Positions 1 to 12,070 of a DNA stretch of 64,000 bases are shown here, piece by piece. Positions within the stretch are counted from its first letter, which is position 1. Each line of letters starts with the position of its first letter. The position numbers and the translations under genes were made by a program. The stretch is taken from contig NC_086108.1 of NCBI RefSeq assembly GCF_963921235.1, positions 81,654,001 to 81,718,000 of the forward strand. Direction: 5' to 3'. This DNA is from Mobula hypostoma (taxonomy: Eukaryota). Below the pieces are notes generated by a model, which had not been told where the DNA came from, did not search any database, and was given only the letters and a program-made list of their open reading frames with translations.

Positions 1-1286
1 ATCCACTGGCCATTAAGTGGTGACAATTTATTTTCATCTCTGTCATTGAAATAAGGGACCATTGGTTCTTCACTCTCTCCAGTATTCTTGCTGTAAACTT
101 AGAATATAGAATGTGGAAGTTTCAATCTCATGCCAAGAGACTACCGCCTATCATTCCTTCTTTCCCTTCACTGTCTTTATTCGTTTTAACTGATTGATTT
201 TAAAATTCCTCATAATTAACTTCACATCTCTACATCACCCCATTGCCTTACATTTTTCTTCCAGATTTCCACCTTATCCATTTTCCCTTCAACAGGTGAT
301 GTCACATGATCTTAGACCACCAGTTCACAACTCCCTCCCCATATTGTTGCACTCCCTTTAAAGTGTTAACTTTAATCTTGGTCAGCAAACTTAGGTGAAG
401 TGAGTGACCACACAAATCCACTGCCCTTGACTTGTTCCATCTAGCTGTTCCATAGATTTTTAGTTTCTCCAGGCCAACAGAACAGCTTCCAATTCCCTCT
501 CCATCCTTAGTTTTCAAACTTTGAATCCTTGCAAAGAGTTCAATTTCGGCACTCAATTTAAAACTTATGTAGTGAGTGCACCAAACAAGTCCAAGCTGTC
601 ATTATTGCTAAATTCTAGACATTGATGGGAAAGTACCTAATCGATATCAAATCATGAGACCTAACATCGTCAGCCTCCACAGTAGTACCTTTGCTTCCAC
701 CCATTTAATTTTTCTTTGTTGTCATTTGATAAACATATCATATTACAAGCACAAGAGATTTTGCAGATACTGGAAATCCGGAGTAATGCTGGAGGAACTC
801 AGCAAGTCAGGCAGTATTTATGGAGAGGAACAAAGAGTCAACGTTTCAGGCCAAGATCCTTCATCATAATCTTGAATCATTGAATAGCAAATATTTTTCC
901 ATGTTATCTATAATATATAAAATAAAACAATCTAGTCAAGCCCAACCAATTCACCACATTCAGTGAATTCTCAATTTGGCTTCATCATCACTGATTCTTT
1001 GGATTAGGTGATTCATAATATATCCGACAAGATAACTATACAACTCATAAAATAACTTCTCGAGCTCACAATTTGGCTCAAAATGTTATTGCTCACCAAC
1101 GTTCAAGAATTATCACCCATCATTTTGTATGGGGAGACACCATTATCTCGAAAGTTAAAGACTTTCAAAGAGATGTTGTACAGACCAATTTGCTTTCAAA
1201 TGGGGCCATCCTTGTTAGTCTCTCTATTCCTTGAATTAGATTTCAGGTCATTTTCATACGTGTCAACATCCAGGGCTGCAGTTACT

Positions 1287-1411
1287 TCATCTAGTGCCCT
1301 CTTCCTCATAGGCGATCGCAATCCCCTTCCGTCCTTCTACTGCTTTGGACACAGGTGTCTCTCCAAGGTTTTGCTCCAATCCCTTCCAACTCCGAATTGC
1401 TAAGAATGAGG
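1287..1411 (-). CDS. DPH2: DPH2 last coding exon
   Basis: [41 protein letters not shown], the conserved DPH2 C-terminus. The spliced CDS totals 1500 nt = 499 aa + stop. Confidence 0.93.
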
Positions 1412-2397
1412 CTGTAAAATAATTTTTATATTAGTCTTGCAAAAAGCAGGAATACAGGAAAAGGAAAGAAAAACAAATCTAGTCTTAAGTAGTAGGCTAA
1501 TGAAAGAACTCAAATTGTTTCTTCAGAAAGTCCATTGGTAATGAAAAAACATTTTCCACCTCTTCAACACTTCTCTCAATCTCTTCACTCTCTCCAAGTC
1601 ACAGGACTTGTCCATATCCTGGACTGGATGAGCAGAAATTTCTTCCAATTAAACTTTAGGAAAACTTTAGAAATTATAGTGTTCAGTGCTCGTCGCAAAC
1701 TTTGATCCCTAGCTACCAAATCCTTTTCTCTTCCTAACAAATATTGAACTTAATTCAATTTTCACCACATTGATACCACCTTAACATGCCCTCAGTAATA
1801 CTGACTCCTGTCATGTCAGTATCACTGACAGACCCATTCATGTGTTGTTGAAACTATCCTCTATGCTTATTACCCCTAGACTTAACCATTCCTGGCAAAT
1901 ACCACTCTCTGAAATTCTGGTTATGCAAATTTCTCTGTTAAATTTAACAAGCGAGAAGATCTTTACAAGATTGCACAAAATGAAATTAAATACAATCTTT
2001 ATCTTTTCTTTCTCATCAGTGGCATCACTAAAAGTCATTTATTATAACTGCATTTTGGTTGTCTGCCTAACTATTCTAACCTATCCTCCCATTCACTCAC
2101 CAAGTGCTGTATGTGACCTTAAAAAAAGTAGTAGTTTCCTCTAATTCACCCAAGTGGCCTGTCTTCACGAATTCTTCATAAATAATTCATACTCATTTTC
2201 ATGTGTTGCATATATGTTAAATACTTCAATTAAAAGAAAATCCACAAGCCCCATCACACCCAATCTTCCCTTAGAGCACTGAGAACAAGTGGCTTGCCTG
2301 CGTCTTTACCATGTGAAATATGGATAAATCCTTGCGGGAAGAAATGAGAAAAATAACAAAAGCATCACCCTTCCTGATTGGTATTAAATTTTATTAC

Positions 2398-2580
2398 CTG
2401 CTGAGTGTGACTGAGTAACTGCAAGAGCCTCATTCCTGGGGATCAGAGATGTGCTGGATGTGTTGATTTGCCCCTCTGACTTTAGCAGATGAATTGCTTG
2501 AAGGTTTCCAGTTATTAGTGAGACATTGGTCTCCTGACCTTTGAAGTTCTCGTCTGGAAATTGAACATGACAGCAGCCAC
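2398..2580 (-). CDS. DPH2: DPH2 coding exon 5
   Basis: GGCCHVQFP...ETNVSLITGNL (DVSLITG-like motif). Bounded by ttcatag and gtaata, 183 nt. Confidence 0.9.
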
Positions 2581-4454
2581 CTATGAAGCAGGAAGTCAGT
2601 GACACTTAATGAAAACAGTCGTCAGTCCATTAAAAACCCAGCAAATACATAAAGTATTGTTTGTAATGTTGCTTCAGTTTGGAATATTGAGGAGGAATAA
2701 AGAAAAAGCAAGGAGAGTTAGTAATATAGCCAAGGAGCTGAGCGGTGCAGGAAACTGCTTTTACATCCCCAGTGTCTACTAGTTTGAGACAACTCAATTT
2801 AACTGTGACTAGCTGTGATCATGAAATTGATAATCAAAAACAGACACCCAGTCGTGCAGCTGGCAGAGCGGCTGCCTCTCAGCTGCAGCAACCCACATTC
2901 AAATGTGACACTCGCTGAGGTCCTCCAGTGGTTTATTTTGTCTTGCTGTCTGTACAGGATTTGTATGTTCTCTGAGACTGCATCCCCCAGATACTCTGGT
3001 TTCCACCCACATCTCAGAGGCATACAAGTTGGTAGGCTAATTAACTACTCTACGTTGCCCCTGCTGCATAGGCGAATGGAAGAATTGTTTTGAAATTTAG
3101 AGGGAATGAACTGGGATCTGTGTAAAATGGGTATTGATGGGTATGGAACCAGTGAGCCAAAAGTCCTGGTTCCATTTTGTAGTTATTTACAATTAGGCAA
3201 ATCATGAGGGATAACTTATTGTACACAATTCACTGATAATGTTACATGCTTAAGATATGTTACAAAATAGACTATAGTTTATTCCGCAAATGACTCAAAT
3301 TATAAGCAACTAGAATATATATCATTGGTGAGACCAATATTTATTGCCAAAGGCTAAATACCCTTGAGAAGCTGGTGGTTGGTGACGTGAGACCTTCTTG
3401 AACCACTGCAAATCTTCTGGTGAAGAACTTCGCTGTGGTACTGGGTGGGGAGTTCTAGGATTCAGACCTAGTGATAGTGAAGGAATGTGCAATATATTTC
3501 CAGTCAGAATGTAAAATAGTGTCTACTCCCTCCTCAGTCTACAGAAATCTATTTGACGGAAATCCGGCAAATTTCATGAGTCTACTACTGTATCATTGAT
3601 TAGCTTTATTTGTCACTTGTATATGGAAACATCAAAACATAGAATGACGTGTGTCATTTGCATCAAATCAAGGATTGTGCTGGGGAGCCCGCAGGCGTCA
3701 CCATAACATGTCCACAATTCACTAACCCTAACAGTACATCTTTGGAATGTGGGAGGGAATCAGAGCACCTGGAGGAAACCCACAGGGTCATGGGGAGAAC
3801 ATACAAACCCCTTACTGGCAGTGGTGGAAATTGAAACCAATCGGCTATCGCTGGCACTGTAAGTTACAGTATGTGCTTCGCTGGCACTGTGCCGCCCTGT
3901 TAACTGACTAGTTTTCAGGTCATCAGAAATGCACACATCAGTAATTTTCTCGCCTATACCATATGAAAAGTGAAAACCAAAACCAATAATCTAAACTTAC
4001 TGCAGGGCCATGCAAGGGTGCTACTGTGGAAAAGGTACACTTTTATTTTAACATAAACGGCTGAATGTTGTGAATCCATTCACTCACGTGCACCTCTCAA
4101 ACCCGCAACACCTGCTACAAAACTGGCAGGGGCAGCAGACACATAAGGACACAGTTGTCAGGTCCCCTGTTTAGAAGCACACTAGTCTGACTTGGAAATC
4201 TATTTCTTCACTGTCACTAGTTCTGTCTCCTGGAAATCCCTACTCAACCCCACAATGGAGTACCTTCACCAGCAGAACTGCAATGGTTCATGAACGTGGC
4301 GTATACCATCATCTTCCAAAATGGGATTAAGTCTTGAGCAATAAATATTGGCTAACCAGTGATACCAACATCCCAATTTTATAACGTTATGAGAAAATAC
4401 ACACACTTTTCTACAATCACAGATACAAGCATGAGAATGTGACAGTAGACAAAC

Positions 4455-5159
4455 CTGGAAGCAGGTCCCTGAAGTCAGTAATGTATTCTCCAGTCCATTG
4501 TCTTGCTTGATTGCAAGCAACCTCCATCTCATATGGGGTTATGACTGGTCTATAAAACTCACTGGAATCCAACAGAGAGTTTTCTGGACAAGCCACCAAC
4601 ACATATACGTCCACCTCCAAGAAATTAGCCAACTTTGCAACATTCAATTTACCCATTACAAAGGTGTAACTTTTTTTGCCCGATTGTTTGACAATCTTTT
4701 TAAGATGATCAATAGTGGAAAGATAGTCAGCAACACCAAGAGTCCCAACTAAAATTCCCACAACTTGAGCATCCTTGGCTCTTTCGATCATGTAGTATCG
4801 CTTCATTAAAGCCTTGTTAATATTCACACTTTCCTGTCTCCCAACTCCTTTCACAGGATCAAACGAGCAAAACGAACACTGATTCCACGTCATCATAAAA
4901 TTTGTCAATGTTGGGTTCTCCTGTCCAACGTAGAACATATTGTAGTCATTCACACTCCCGCCATCGTGAATTGTGAACTGGCGGCCAAACTTATTAATAA
5001 CTTGAAGGCGTGACTGGCTGCTAGATCCCTGGACATCAACAACACTTTCATTGTGAAGGCCATCGGTCTTACAGGGATCGGTTGTTCCATTTCTGTAAGC
5101 ACAAACTGCTGAAACAACAAGGTTTTCATATTCTGGTTGGAGCAGCTGTTGTAGTTCTT
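4455..5159 (-). CDS. DPH2: DPH2 coding exon 4
   Basis: IERAKDAQVVGILVGTLGVADY...GKLNVAKLANFLEVDVYVLVACPENSLLDSSEFYRPVITPYE. Acceptor cttttattag, donor gtttgt. 705 nt, phase 1-1. Confidence 0.95.
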
Positions 5160-5407
5160 CTAATAAAAGATCAAACAAATGCCTTAGTCAAGACTGCATA
5201 ATGAATAGTTACAGAAAAAGCAGAAGTTGTTATACATCGACGGTTATTGAATGTATGACCTGAAGAGAATGTTGCTTTGAATCACACCCTCATTCAACTA
5301 CATCAAAGCCAGTTTTTCTTGCATTTATATTTAGGTAAAAATTACCCTACCAGACTGTACCAAACAATCTTTGAAGTGAACAGTATATAAAAAAAATGAA
5401 AGATATA

Positions 5408-6158
5408 TAGTGGATTCCAATTATTGGGATACATCGGGATCAGTACATTTAGACCCAATTAAGCAGAAGTTTCATGAAAGTGGTTAAAAAAGTATTAAAA
5501 AACAGACAAACTAAGTAAAAACCATATATTAAAGTGAAGTACAGAACAAATTAGAACACTACCACTACTACTACAGTACTATAAAACGGTGCGTTAGTTC
5601 CTAATAGTTGTCAACTGAGGATTTCATTCAGTATACACCATGAACAAAGTCAATGCAGACACCTAGGTGCAGATGATGGACTGCCTTCATACAGTGCTAC
5701 TGATGAATGCATCCTCCAAATCTTTGTTTTCATTGAAACACTCAAGATGATTGTCGATACCTTCAAATTCTTCATAGCTCCTAACTTGTTGCTGTAGTGA
5801 AATCATTTAATTTTCAGTCTCAGCCAATTCTGGCTTCTCCAAGCCTGAATCCTTGAAACTGCAGAGAGCAAAACAGTTCAGAATTGTCTTACTGTTTATT
5901 TCTCACCAACAGTGACAAAAATCACTGTTTATAAACTATTCACTCTATGCACAGTGTAGCATCTAACAATCACACAAGTGCACACTTCTGACACTAGTTA
6001 GAATCTGTATGGCAACAGTTTTCTATCCCAATTAAGTAGCATAGTGTCCCAAATAAACCAATGGAGTATTGGCAATTTTCATGATTAGTTTTTGTTTTTT
6101 ATAAAAAGAGTTGTTCCAAATAAGTGGCTGTCATAATTAAATTATCCAGAATTCACTG
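5408..6158. mobile_element. Tigger/pogo-like non-autonomous element in a DPH2 intron
   Basis: TA-flanked (C/T)AGTGGATTCC...GAATTCACTG ends. Homologous along its length to 30893-31645. Confidence 0.65.
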
Positions 6159-6647
6159 TGTTGATTATGAGTTGGTTGAAATTAAGTGTCAAATACTTTA
6201 GATCTCATAATATCTGAGAAATAAGGGTAAAAGAATGAAAAAATCATTCTTTTAAAACAACGGCTAACTTAACTTCAGTTTCTACATCGTTTATTTGTAA
6301 AAAATGTGTTTAAAAATCACACAGGTGTATTCTCATTTATTAATTCCCTTCAAGTCAGCTTAGGATAAGGGAATATATTCATTTAGAATAGTAAGAAAAA
6401 CTTAAGAGGAATTAACCAAATTCCGAAGGCTTCCATGGTTTTTCTGTATTTCACGGCTATTTGGATAAGACGAATCTCAGAGATGTATTCTGCATACATT
6501 CTTTCATAATAAAATGAAGCTTTGGATCTTACTTTAAAATCTTTAAAGAGTCAGTAAACTCCTTGACAAAAGAAAGTATCTACTTATAGTATCTAGTTTA
6601 GGAGAAAGAATTCAAGAGGAGAAGGGTAAATATAAACAAACTCTTAC

Positions 6648-6868
6648 CAAGTACATATGAGTAGATGACATCACACAGAATTATAACATATGTAAACTTG
6701 TCTGGGTAGAGTGCACGAAAAGCAGCAGCACATTGATATAAATCGATAGATTTTTGTCCAAACACGTACATTACTGGGAGCCTTCTGGTCGGGCTGAGGC
6801 ATGCTCTTCCATAATGTATTATACTGTCAGCCTGAACATGCTCAGCGGCAACTTCATCCACACAGCAG
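6648..6868 (-). CDS. DPH2: DPH2 coding exon 3
   Basis: [27 protein letters not shown] is the diphthamide-synthesis family signature. Bounded by tatgtag and gtaaga, 221 nt. Confidence 0.95.
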
Positions 6869-7032
6869 CTACATAAATATGCAAATTTCAAATAATTCTG
6901 TCAATACAAAGAAAACTATACTTGCAGAACAATTGGAATAATGAGGAAAAGACAATAAATACTGCCCTTATCAGCATTCCCCTCATTCAAAGAATTGATG
7001 AAAGTTGTATCAAATATCAAATTAATTCAAAC

Positions 7033-7145
7033 CTGCCATATGATGTGTCGCCCAATATGAAGATCTTGGCACTGGTCTTTTTCTCCAATTTTGATACAAC
7101 CGCAGAAGCATCAATGAGAAGTTCATCGGGAAATTGAAGAGCCAC
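7033..7145 (-). CDS. DPH2: DPH2 coding exon 2
   Basis: [37 protein letters not shown] (conserved ALQFPD motif). AG/GT bounded, 113 nt. Not in the ORF track. Confidence 0.93.
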
Positions 7146-7381
7146 CTAGTGTGAATGATTAAATATTTCAGATGATACTCCCAGACATAAATGCATACTT
7201 ATAACAAATATAATGTGGCTATAAGGCCTCTGAAGTGGGCTGGCTACATTTCAATTATTCTTCCTTCCTTTACACTGGACAAGAGACCTAATTAAATTTT
7301 CTGCCGCAACAAATGTGACAGAGTTAAAGATTATTTGAACAATTTTTGGAGAATCTAATAAATTATTCGTGAGCTACAAAC

Positions 7382-7534
7382 CCTTTTAAAGGCATGATTT
7401 GTGATGAAGTCACAGGTTCTCTCAATCTCATACACGTGATCGATCTTACTGGCGTCCGTTCTGCTGCCTGTTTCGAGAACATCTGTGATCCGCTCAATTG
7501 CCTTCGAACCATCATCACTGAATGTTGTCGTCAT
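7382..7534 (-). CDS. DPH2: DPH2 coding exon 1 (2-(3-amino-3-carboxypropyl)histidine synthase subunit 2)
   Basis: ATG at 7534, MTTTFSDDGSKAIERI...VYEIERTCDFI..FKR. Upstream acceptor tttctag (exon starts 7544), donor gtttgt at 7381. 153 nt, phase 0. Confidence 0.9.
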
Positions 7535-8939
7535 GTTGATCCAACTAGAAACACAAAAATACGACAACAGTATTCAAAGTTTTCACTTCTAATTACTTTT
7601 CAAAACATGTATTTATGGCCCACTAGTCGAAACCCCACCCTATATTAAAGCATTACCAGGGATACATCTCAACCCTAACCATGGACTTTTTATTCTCCTC
7701 CCATCCGGTAGGCACTACGGGAGCCTCTGCTCCCGCACCAGCAGGCACAGGAAGAGCTTCTTCCCTGAGGCTGTGACACTGCTGAACCTCTCATCACAGC
7801 GCTAAGCAGTATTGCATCCGTATTGTTCTGTCTCAGTACTTTTATATTTGTGTACTGTAGCACTTTTTTTATTCGCAGTTATCTTGTAAATTACACTATT
7901 CTTTGCATTTCTGGTCAGATGCTAAATGCATTTCACTAGCTTTGTATCTGTACTCGGCACAATGACAATAACGTTGAATCTAATCTAATCTATATTCTCC
8001 AAAACACTAAAGAACAGATTTAATTTTCCCAGGCTGATTGCTTAACCAAATTACTCTGCAAGCACCATGGCAGGTATATAAATGGAGCCATAAACTAAAA
8101 GGTGGGTCATCATTAATAAAATTTCATTTTTATTCATCACAGACTGCCCCTTAAAAACTGAAGCCAAATTCATACCCAGTTGTTAAGGCACCGTGGCATA
8201 TAGTCCAAATGTATACGAGATGTGTGCCACAACATCATTAATAGCAATTAAAATGTAGAAGTTAGAAGCACTCAGTAGGTCTGACAACAACTGTCAAGGA
8301 GTACGGCTAACACTTCATATCAATGCAATAATTTGCTGGAGAAGCTCCACCAGTCGAGCACTCATGGGGGATGTGTGTGGGGTGAGGTAGGGGAAATCAA
8401 CACCCCCCACTCCCATAGAGGCAGCTCAACCCACCGAGTTCCTACAGCAGATTGTCTGTGCTCCGGATCCTAGCATGTGAAGACTTCACTTCGTGTCTAT
8501 GGTCTTTTGTCAGAGCTTGTCAGCACCTCAAGGGTTGGTCTCTGACCTGAAATGTAAACTGATTCTGCCTCTTCACCAAACACATCATTATCTAATCCAG
8601 CATTTTCTATACAATCTTAGAATTGCTGCGCCAAGATAACCAACAACTACCCAACCCCAAGCTCCGCCATCTGAGCCTGCAAGACGTCAGAGAGTGTCAT
8701 TCACAGGGTGAGCTACAAGCTTTTTGGGGACCACTCCACCAACTATTCATAATTGAGACCATATCCCACAGATATTCATTCTAAACCGAGCACTTTCCAC
8801 ACTATCTCAAATTTTATTTCATGTGTTCCCCCACCTCGGGGTTATACGCCATTTCAATGTTTCAAAGGCAACTTCTTCCCTCCCCCAAGCGTGCAGAGGG
8901 AGCCTGGACTGTGGATCTTCCTCAAGTGCCTCCTGGGGG

Positions 8940-9035
8940 ACCCCTATCTCACTGTGCTGGAAGAGCAAAACATTTCCAACAGACCAAGGACCATCGTTCG
9001 CCGAGTTGATGATCTTAGAACAGACTCCACGCTGA
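8940..9035 (-). mobile_element. Tx1/L1-like LINE C-terminal remnant
   Basis: CSKIINSANDGPWSVGNVLLFQHSE resembles the recalled ...IINSVKDALWSARNLLVFQ end of Tx1-type ORF2. Confidence 0.45.
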
Positions 9036-9120
9036 GCAGCTCCAGCACCACTTCGCTCCACAAAAGGCAGCCCCTCAACCCCTCAACCCCCCTCCCCTTC
9101 TCCTCCACCACCTCACTTAC

Positions 9121-9350
9121 CCCTCTCCACGATGCCATCCGCCTCACGAAAATCTCCACCAATCTGTATTTGCTACACGGAAAGAAAACCAATCAAATTC
9201 GGGCATCGCACTTGCGACCTCAGGAATGGACAGCAATCGCCTATCACAGCTCAGCTGGAAGGCGAACCAATTACAATTTAACTTTTCAGCGACGGCGGCT
9301 CAAAGGGAACGAAACACTAGAAGCGCCAAATTGATGAGCGGATGAGCGTT
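9121..9350 (-). promoter_or_regulatory. Putative DPH2 non-coding exon 1 / CpG-rich promoter
   Basis: Coding exon 1 is preceded by a splice acceptor, so an upstream exon is needed. Consensus donor GG|GTAAGT at 9121/9120 lies in a locally CpG-rich segment. Confidence 0.45.
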
Positions 9351-10249
9351 GATTGCAGTTTTGACTTCAAGTGTATTTTCCCCTCCTACTCGGTTTTAAA
9401 TCTTGTTCGAAAGATGCTATCCTTTCTGTCTGAACTGTTAAGCAGGATTAACATGAGGTCTGCATTAGAATACGATTTTAGAATATTGTCTGGACTGGAA
9501 TATCATGGTCGTGAATCCAGAGAGGGCGCAGACACTGCAGACACCGGAATCTGAGCTGGAAGATTGTTGCGAAGACCAAGCATTGCTGTGCGATCACGTC
9601 ACACAAGGACGGAGTCATTGAGTCATTGACAAACGAGTTCTAGACGCAGAAAGGCTTTGGGCAGAATTGAGTCTTGGGAAATCATTGCAGTGGGCTCCGA
9701 AATTAGTTACCCAATTCAGATGATACTACCAACCAGTAAGTGTACAATAGTAATAGACACGCATACTTTGAAAAGAAAACAATATATTATTTTCTGCTGT
9801 CGCAAAGTACAAATCATTGTTATAAAATATTAAGGGATTCTCCTTACAGCTTATATTAACAAGCAGCCCACTCAGAGCCGGATTTATTATGATTGGCATA
9901 TGACATGATTTGTTGCAGTACAAAGGCATTGAAATTTATAAATCACAACCCCCTAGCTTTTTTTTTGTGGTCCAATGCATTGGAGGGGGTTCATTTTCTT
10001 GCAGGCATTCAAAGTAAATCAAGGAAATACAAAAATCGATGAAAGATGCACTCAAAGACAGCAATGTGCAAAAGGAGATAAAATGTAAATACAAATAATA
10101 AATAAATAAATGATACTGAGCCGTAGAGTCCCTGAAAGTGAGTCCATAAGTTGTGGAATCAGCCCTCCATTTCCAACACTGACCTGTGAATGGGGGCCGG
10201 TGCATATTTACTCACAGGAGGCTAAGCATGATGCATCCTTGAGAGATGC

Positions 10250-12070
10250 GTGTGTGATAGGCAGCTAGAAGGAGATGTTATTACCTATCCAGACTGTGGT
10301 CTCCAGAAGGGGAAGTTGAGGATCCAGTTGCAGAGAGAAGTATGGAACTCCATGTTTTAAAGCTCGGTTAATATTACTGAGGGAATTGATTGTGTTGAAA
10401 GCCAAGATGTAATCGATAAATGGAAGCCTGCGGTAAGTTTCGTGGTAGGTGCTCCAAGGCAGCGAAGAGAGCAATGACATTACGTCCAGTTACTTGTTGT
10501 GGCAGTAGGTGAATTGTAGCAGGTTCAGGCAAATGCTCAGGCAGAAATTAACTCCAGCCATAACCAGCCTCTCGAAGTAATGTCATGGTCCAGTCCGTGA
10601 AATCCGCATTCCCGTTCACGGTCCAGTCCGTGAAATCCGCATTCCCGTTCACGGTCCAGTCCATCGATCCTTGCTCCGGGTATTCCAGTTTTCCCTTATT
10701 CTGTTGGGGTGCCTCAAATGAGGCACCCGATTCTCATTTTGGACTGGCTACATAAATAGCTCCTGGGTTCAGCTTCATTTGCTGGACTGTTCCCTTACCC
10801 TTCCCTTCCTTCTGAAACCTTGACTGCAACCTTGCCTTGAATGCTGTCAAGTTCAACTGCTGGAGCAAGACTGGAGCCTTGCTGTGTCAAGATAAGGAAC
10901 AGTTTGTCGCTATTTGGAATTGTCTCTTTGTGTCCTTGCCTTTGCTAGGTAGGTCTGGCTGTTTGCTGCTACCTCGTGTTGGGAACTGTCTCTTTGTGTC
11001 CTTGCCTCTGCTGGGTAGGTCTGGCTGTTTGCTGCTACCCTGAGTGGAGAACTGTCTCTTCATGTTCAGTGTACTGTGTATAGAAAGAACGCCTGCCCTT
11101 GGTCCTGTTCCCAAGGAGGGGTCCTGGCTCTGTGTTCTGTGTTTCCTGTGCTCAAGTCTGAGTTTCCTGAGTTCCAAGTCCAAGGCTCTGAGGTTCCTGT
11201 CTCCCAAGACCAAGTCAAGGCTTCATGTTCTTGTCCTGTCCAGGTGCCTCACCCAGCAGGAGTACCTTGCCCAGCCCTGTGCTGGAGTTCCCTCGTCCGG
11301 TGCTGGAGTCCCCTTGTCCTGTTCAGGAGTCTCATGTCCTGTCCTGTAGCCACGTCTTGTCCTAGCCTAAACCTGGATTCCGGTTCCAAGTCAAGACCCA
11401 GTTTCCTAGTCCCAACCAAGACCCAGGTTCTGGATCCTTGTCCAGGCTCTAGTTCCAGAGTCCTGTGTCCCTAGTCCAGGCTCCTAGTTCCTAGTTCCTT
11501 GTCTGGATTCTGTGTTTCTTGTCCATGTCCTAGCCCAGGCCCTGCATCCTAGTCTTGTCCAGGGCCTGTGTCAATGTCCAGCATCCTTTCTTCCCCACTT
11601 CCCTTGCTTCCTTGACACACCTAATCCTGTTCCTAGTACTTCAGTGTCTGTGTCTTGCATTTGGGCCTGCCATCAATGCCCCCCTTATGACAAGTAATTC
11701 GTTATGGTAGATGTGAGTGCTACTGGACGACAGACATTGAGGCAGCTCACCCTGCTCTTCTTGGGCATCAGAATGACTGCTGTGCTTTTGAAGCAGGTGG
11801 AACCTCAGAACGTGGCAGTCAAGAAGTTGAAAATGTTTTTGAACACTCCAGCCAGCTGGTCGGGACACGTTTTCACTACCTGGCCAGGTTCACCGTCAGG
11901 GACTGATGCCTCGCAAGGGTTCAGCCTCTGAAAGATGCTTGGACGTCGGCCTCTGGGACATTAAAGGGTTGCCGGATGCTGTGGGGATTCACAGGGCTGT
12001 GCTAGTCTCTTTCAAAATGTGCATAAAATGCATTGAGCTCATCAAGGAGTGAGGCATCACTGCCATTTAT
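10250..12070 (-). mobile_element. Degenerate Rex/L2-like LINE RT fragment (host of the solo LTR)
   Basis: RLPFIDYILAFNTI-like RT motif in ORF 10265-10480. The sequence resumes seamlessly after the LTR. Confidence 0.6.
10581..11692 (+). mobile_element. Solo LTR (1112 bp) with 5-bp TSD AGTAA
   Basis: TGTCAT...ATGACA termini, TSD at 10576-10580 and 11693-11697, TATA-like cataaata ~10751, internal 33-bp and 66-bp tandem duplications. Interrupts a LINE RT fragment. Confidence 0.8.

Noticed and set aside
8753-9334. 193-aa plus-strand ORF
   Set aside because: Low-complexity, overlaps a Tx1-like remnant and the putative DPH2 promoter antisense, and has no recognisable domain.
10587-11050. Short direct repeats superficially like an array
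   Set aside because: Tandem duplications without unique spacers inside a eukaryotic LTR; not CRISPR.
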